Assembly (NCBI GenBank): GCA_963771075.1
Contig: CAVYSE010000012.1
Coordinates: forward strand, 1 to 30,336
Origin: a candidate division FCPU426 bacterium
GTDB lineage: Bacteria; Oederibacteriota; Muellerivitia; Muellerivitales; Muellerivitaceae
Reading direction: 5' to 3'
DNA: 30,336 bases
The notes below the pieces were generated by a model. It saw only the letters and a program-made list of their open reading frames with translations, did no database searches and was not told where the DNA came from. Of this stretch, positions 25,240-30,336 are shown piece after piece (position 1 is the first letter of the stretch; each line of letters opens with the position of its first letter). Both the position numbers and the translations under genes were made by a program.

Positions 25240-26769
25240 ATGCCAACCCAAGCGACCTTTCTTTGGGTTTCTTTCACCCTTTTATCCTTTGCCCTGCCAA
25301 TGCCCGGCCTTTCCCAGGACCAGGATTGGATGAAGCAGGGCAATCAGGCCTACCTCCAAAAACAATTCTCGGACGCGGCCCATCTGTACCTGAAAGCCGC
25401 CCTAGTCAACCCCAAGAACGCCGACGCCTTTTACTGCATCGGCATCTGCGAGTACCTGCTGGGCCATCTGGATGTGGCCGAGGCCTACCTGAAACGCGCT
25501 CTGGTCTTGAACCCCCAGCACAAGCTGGCCCCGGGCATCCTTCAATTGATCGCGCAGAAAAAAAACGGGAACCCGGAAGACCGGTTCCACCAGACGATGC
25601 AGGAAGGGGTGGTTCTTTACCGGGCCCACCGTTACGCGGAAGCCATCCAGGACCTTCGCCAGGCGGTGGATCTCTATCCCGCCTCGGCGGACGCCCATTT
25701 CAACCTGGGGCTTTGTCTTCTGAAGACCAAGAATTGGGCGGAATGCCAGGACCAGCTTTACCGTTGCCTGCAGATCGACCCCAACAACGCGGGCGCCCGC
25801 TACGCGATGGGCGTGTTGTACCAGAAGGAGGGTTACTACGCCCAGGCCCAGCAATACCTGAGTTCCATTTCTCAACTGCCCCAGGCCGGGTCCTTTTCTT
25901 CACTGGCCTCGAACCGCATGTCCCAGATGCAAGTGTCGCTTTCCCCGAACCCCTTCCATTTTTACGGCAGGCTCCAGGCGGGCTATGACATCGGCGGGTA
26001 CAACCAGCTTTCCACGGCCGTACCCGACAGCCTGCAGGAATATCTATTAGGCCAGCTTTCCTATACCCCGCCGGGGTTGAACAATGTCCTCAACTTTTCC
26101 CTGGGGCTATACACCCTTTTCAGCGAGCAAACCTCAACCTTCAGCGAGGTCGGATACACCAACCTGACCGTTTCGGCCCAACCCCGTCTTTCCCCAATCA
26201 TGCTTCTTCCCTGTTCCTTTGACGAAGCCCTGGAACTGGACCAAAACCTCAACCTGGAATACCAGCACCACCAGGCCTCCCTGGCCGGGCTTTATTATTT
26301 CCAACAGCCGAATTTCATCGAGATCCAGGCGCAGTACCTCAACGAGATCTACCCGACCTACACGGGCTATACCTCGCAGAGCGGGGTGGGAACGTTGTCC
26401 GCCATGTATTACCTGGCGGGAGGGCATGGGTTGAGACTTGCCTACGCCTACCGCCAAACCTGGGCCCAATCCGTAATGTTTGACTACACCAACCAAAACG
26501 TCACGGCCCTGTATAGCTATGGAGGGGGAACCAAATGGGGCATCACCGCGAGTATTTCCTCCCAGTGGGTGAACTGGCCCAACTTCCCGAACACCGACGG
26601 CTCGACCCGCGCGGATTGGGCTTTGGGAGGCACTGTCGAAGGGTCCATCCCCCTTATGACCGGCCTGAACGCCGGCTTGGGCGACCAATATTCCAACGCC
26701 CAATCCAACAACAGCACCTATTCCGCCTGGAGCAACCTGGCCTATACCTTCATGACGTTGAGTTTGTAG
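25240..26769 (+). CDS. TPR + C-terminal beta-barrel outer-membrane protein (Slam/DUF560-like architecture)
   Basis: Signal peptide; about six TPRs; then alternating aromatic strands ending QYSNAQSNNSTYSAWSNLAYTFMTLSL. Confidence 0.75.
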   Translation: MPTQATFLWVSFTLLSFALPMPGLSQDQDWMKQGNQAYLQKQFSDAAHLYLKAALVNPKNADAFYCIGICEYLLGHLDVAEAYLKRALVLNPQHKLAPGILQLIAQKKNGNPEDRFHQTMQEGVVLYRAHRYAEAIQDLRQAVDLYPASADAHFNLGLCLLKTKNWAECQDQLYRCLQIDPNNAGARYAMGVLYQKEGYYAQAQQYLSSISQLPQAGSFSSLASNRMSQMQVSLSPNPFHFYGRLQAGYDIGGYNQLSTAVPDSLQEYLLGQLSYTPPGLNNVLNFSLGLYTLFSEQTSTFSEVGYTNLTVSAQPRLSPIMLLPCSFDEALELDQNLNLEYQHHQASLAGLYYFQQPNFIEIQAQYLNEIYPTYTGYTSQSGVGTLSAMYYLAGGHGLRLAYAYRQTWAQSVMFDYTNQNVTALYSYGGGTKWGITASISSQWVNWPNFPNTDGSTRADWALGGTVEGSIPLMTGLNAGLGDQYSNAQSNNSTYSAWSNLAYTFMTLSL

Positions 26770-26925
26770 GCAAACACACTTAATCGTGAGGAAACCCCAC
26801 AACTAAACCCTAGAAATTAAGATATGCTTTGATGGATCACCCGCTTTAGGGAGAACCCTGCGCACAGCCTGACGAAGGGGAAACAAGACACCATTTTTCA
26901 GAATTTAATTCGCGAGGATTTGCAC

Positions 26926-28653
26926 ATGAATAAAAAGATCTTAAAATCCATCGAGAACTGGTGGCAAACCGCATGGCGCTACGCGGCGACGGGCGCCCTT
27001 TTGGTCACGATCCCGGGGTTATATATCGGCAAGGTTTGGCCCTGGCACAGCATCCTGCCGTTCCGGTTTTGGCTGGGTACCGCCGTTCTTGGGATAGGGT
27101 CCCTACTCATCCTGAGAGAACTAAAACCATGGCGATCTCCCTTCCCCAAGACTGCAGGGTCCGTCCGGCCCTGGATAAGGGGCCTTTCCATCCTGTCTTT
27201 CCTCCTTTTCTTCATCGCCGGTTACATCCTCACGGGCCATATCTGGTGGCACGCCGGTAAGATCGCCCTGGCTTACGCCAAAAGCGATGTTCTTTCCGCC
27301 GGGCTCCAATTAGGCGTTCCGGAAAACGCCCCTCCCTTGCCGGATGAAAAAAACGCGGCCCGTGACCTTACCCAGGCCATGAACGCGCCCTCCATGGGTA
27401 GTTTGGAGGGGCAAACCGCCGATTCTAAAAAACCTTTTTACGGGAAGGAAACGGAGTTCGAGTTCTTGTTGGCTTTTAACGAGGCTGCGAAAGCCGGTTT
27501 GGCGACCAAGAAAGAAAAAACCTACGCCCGCAAATTGTTGAAAGAACACCAGGATATCCTGGGCTTCGCCGACAAGGCCTTTGAGAAGAAAACCGTGGAT
27601 TGGGGATTGGATTGGAGCAAACCCTTCCGGGAAATTCAATTCCCTCCCATTGGGGCTAATTTCATGAATATGGCCCGTTTGGAAAGATGCCGGGCTTTCC
27701 TGGCGGCGTTCGACGGGAACGGTTCGGAAACGGTCAAAAGCATCCAGACAGCGTTCTATTTAGGGGACGCGGCCTGGCAAGAACACACATTGATCGGGGT
27801 GATGGTCGATGCCGGCATCGTTCGGATGATGGCGGATACGGTCTGTGATGTTCTTCCCATGTTGAAGTCGAAGAATTTTTCATCTAAAGAGCTCATCCCC
27901 TTCATGCAGCCGAAAAAGCTTTCGGAAGGTTTATCGAACGTCACGCAATACGAATTTTTAGGTTCCAACCGCTTTCTGGAACCCATGGATTGGTTGAAAT
28001 TCGCCGATTTTTTAACAAAGAGCCCTTTCCCTGGACATACCGAGGCGGAAAAAATATTCCCGAATTATTTTTTTGGCGTCATTTACTGGCCGTTTTTGTT
28101 GTTCGATCTGGCTTCCCGGTATGAGGCCTACATCCCCGAATTAAAAGCCATTCAATCAATCGGTTCCCAACCCGGCCAGCGCCCGGACTGGGGATCAATG
28201 CATGAGGGTTTTTACCGTAATGGTTGGATCTTGGGTTTGAGTTCTTTCCCGGAAAACGGCCAGTTAGTTGAAAAGGTCAGGGAGGCCATGACTGTCTGTA
28301 ATCTGGCGAGGTTGGAAATCGAGGTCAGAACGTTCGGTCAAAAAAACAAACGCTGGCCGGCATCGACCAGCGATGTTGAAAAAATGGCCTCGGGCGACTG
28401 GGATCCCTTATCCCCGAAGCAAGACCTCATCCCGGATGTCCTAGCGACGGGCGCCTTCGTGCACGCTTCCCCGAGCCCGGAGGGGAACAAGGTCACCCTG
28501 GCCCACAAGGGCGAGGCGCCCACCACCGGCGATTCAGGCTGGCTATACGACAGCAGTACGGGCTCGGTCTACGTGAACAGCACCGTCAAGGACTCGAAAA
28601 GCATTTCATCCGATATACGCCAAATTAAACTTCAACCGGAATTTCCCAGATGA
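26926..28653 (+). CDS. membrane-anchored helical hypothetical protein with pseudopilin-like C-terminal motif; 3' end supplied by IS1380
   Basis: Three N-terminal TM segments; LEIEVRTFGQKNKRWP...DP motif; stop codon lies inside the IS terminal repeat. Confidence 0.75.
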   Translation: MNKKILKSIENWWQTAWRYAATGALLVTIPGLYIGKVWPWHSILPFRFWLGTAVLGIGSLLILRELKPWRSPFPKTAGSVRPWIRGLSILSFLLFFIAGYILTGHIWWHAGKIALAYAKSDVLSAGLQLGVPENAPPLPDEKNAARDLTQAMNAPSMGSLEGQTADSKKPFYGKETEFEFLLAFNEAAKAGLATKKEKTYARKLLKEHQDILGFADKAFEKKTVDWGLDWSKPFREIQFPPIGANFMNMARLERCRAFLAAFDGNGSETVKSIQTAFYLGDAAWQEHTLIGVMVDAGIVRMMADTVCDVLPMLKSKNFSSKELIPFMQPKKLSEGLSNVTQYEFLGSNRFLEPMDWLKFADFLTKSPFPGHTEAEKIFPNYFFGVIYWPFLLFDLASRYEAYIPELKAIQSIGSQPGQRPDWGSMHEGFYRNGWILGLSSFPENGQLVEKVREAMTVCNLARLEIEVRTFGQKNKRWPASTSDVEKMASGDWDPLSPKQDLIPDVLATGAFVHASPSPEGNKVTLAHKGEAPTTGDSGWLYDSSTGSVYVNSTVKDSKSISSDIRQIKLQPEFPR

Positions 28654-30336
28654 CCTTCTCTGAAAACATTGCCGGGTAATTTGTTTCTCATTATATTGCC
28701 CCCCCCCCGCTTCTTCCAACGAAATTCAGAATTTTCTGGCCCAGGGCCAGTGAAATGAGTTCCGGGAAAAGGTTTCTGTGCCCGAAAAGAGTTGAAAATG
28801 ACCTTCCAGAAAGCAATTTCTCGTTGTGAGCGCACACCTATCCCAGGGTAGTCGATCCGGCTAAGGCCATGAAGCGTTCCTGCGTTTATCGCAGTACTGG
28901 CGCTCGCGGCCTTACCATCGCCAGCAGCCGTATCCGATTAAGGATTTCAGCAAACAAGTGCCGGGAAACCATCACCTCCGCCATCTGGAAAACCACGTAC
29001 CGCGAATGGCGGATGACATTAGCACCGATCTTGATGAGTTTTTCCCGCAGGGTTGTCAGCGACCAATGCTTCACCAGTTCTGGCAATACCAGTCGGCGAA
29101 GGAAGTTGCCTAGGTTGTAAGCCAGGGCGAAAAGTTGTAACCGCACCTGGTTATCCGCGAAGTCGTGGCAGCTTAGTCTTGTCCACTTCATCGCATACTT
29201 TCCCTCTTTGATCCACTGCTCAGCCGTGCCTCTTCCGTTGTAGAATTTCACCACCTGGGGTGCCGGTCGTCGCATGTTCGTTACGATGAAACCCACCTTT
29301 GGGAACAATTCCCCGTTGTGATGTTCGATCTTCGCCACCACGCGGCGGGGTTTGTCCCAGCTGACGGCTTGGTATTGGAAGCTGTGAAACCGGACAACCG
29401 GCTTGTGGGAGGGGCGGCCCACGGGACGGGTTAAAAATGGCTCGATTTCCCGTTGGAGTATGGCATTGGCAGGTTGGCGGATCGCGTAAAGATATCCTTC
29501 GTCTTCTAGGTATTCGTATAGTTCCTGACGGGCGAAAGCCGCGTCACCCCGGAAAAACCGGCTGATGGAAAGACCCCGGTAGCGGGCAACTACCGGTTCA
29601 AGAACCGAACGCCATTCGTGGGCACTGGCCACATTGCCGTTGCGCAACATAGCCCGTTCCAAATCGCCGAACTGGTTGAAGCAAAACAGGGGATGGTAAC
29701 AGGTACAGCCAAAGTAACCGTTGTACAAGGAACCTTCCTGATCCCCGTAGGTCTCGCTCACTGAGCTATCCATGTCGAGGATGATCTGTTGTATGGACTT
29801 TTTCTCATGGACTCCATCGATCCATTGGCCCGATAAGTCAATTAAGCCGGTCAAATTCTTCGACTGGGTGAGGACCTCCGTCTCGAAACGACCCATCTGG
29901 CTGGTGGAGGCGGCCTGTTTTTCCCTGGCCCGTCCTCCGATCACATGCCGCATCGCAGGATCGACACTCAGGCGTTCTGCGTCGTTGGTATCCTCATAAC
30001 CGGCCAAGCGGCTGAATACCGACTGGCGAAGAAGCGCCGTCATCGTGTGTTGCGTATTCTTACCGGTCCGCCGATCCCAAAGGATGTTTTCTGTTCTGTC
30101 AGTCAAACCAAAAGCTTCGTCGAGTTCGCGATAGGGAATCAACCCGCCATCGGAAGTGACCTTCGCACCATGGAACTCCAACTTGAGGCCAGGATCAAAA
30201 ACCACCCGAAGAGCGTCTTTTCCGCCTTCACCCATTGCATTTCCCCCTCTCATGTTCCCCAACACGAAGAAAAACCTTTGTTTATATGGCCAAACGTTGT
30301 CTTATTATACTCGAAAGGAAATTCCATCTGGGAAAT
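28636..30336 (-). mobile_element. IS1380-family insertion sequence (right end clipped by the window edge)
   Basis: Terminal IR CCGGAATTTCCCAGATG at 28636 versus CATCTGGGAAAT at 30325-30336. Confidence 0.9.
28886..30265 (-). CDS. IS1380-family DDE transposase (probable start 30235)
   Basis: VTSDGGL, GYEDTND, ILDMDSS, CYHPL, FRGDAAF and FYNGRGTAEQWIKEGK. Confidence 0.96.
   Translation of the reverse strand: MLGNMRGGNAMGEGGKDALRVVFDPGLKLEFHGAKVTSDGGLIPYRELDEAFGLTDRTENILWDRRTGKNTQHTMTALLRQSVFSRLAGYEDTNDAERLSVDPAMRHVIGGRAREKQAASTSQMGRFETEVLTQSKNLTGLIDLSGQWIDGVHEKKSIQQIILDMDSSVSETYGDQEGSLYNGYFGCTCYHPLFCFNQFGDLERAMLRNGNVASAHEWRSVLEPVVARYRGLSISRFFRGDAAFARQELYEYLEDEGYLYAIRQPANAILQREIEPFLTRPVGRPSHKPVVRFHSFQYQAVSWDKPRRVVAKIEHHNGELFPKVGFIVTNMRRPAPQVVKFYNGRGTAEQWIKEGKYAMKWTRLSCHDFADNQVRLQLFALAYNLGNFLRRLVLPELVKHWSLTTLREKLIKIGANVIRHSRYVVFQMAEVMVSRHLFAEILNRIRLLAMVRPRAPVLR

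Overview
The window runs from inside the terminal repeat of an IS21-family element (1-2806, frameshifted istA/istB) to inside the terminal repeat of an IS1380-family element (28636-30336). Three blocks lie between them. (i) 2.8-7.1 kb holds small accessory genes: an IS-truncated PD-(D/E)XK nuclease, Zn-finger proteins, a cold-shock protein, and PilZ and NYN proteins. (ii) 7.2-18.9 kb is a plasmid-like replicon/mobilisation module. It has an antisense-RNA-type leader and a tightly coupled rep-parA-parB-T4CP-relaxase-like operon. A largely non-coding, densely structured ~3.6 kb region follows, containing two long rod hairpins, an array of short hairpins presenting AGGC motifs, three dif-geometry sites at ~82-bp spacing, four copies of one palindrome and a duplicated ~365-bp structured element. 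A candidate TA pair, radC and a phd/PIN TA pair come next. (iii) 19.2-28.6 kb looks chromosomal: a GNAT gene, a histidine kinase/sigma54 regulator/TPR operon, a perfect sigma54 promoter in front of a secreted Pro/Thr-rich protein, a TPR + beta-barrel (Slam-like) outer-membrane protein and several miniature palindromic repeats. No integrase, mating-pair genes, tRNA, rRNA or CRISPR array was seen. All calls come from reading motifs by eye; no searches were run.
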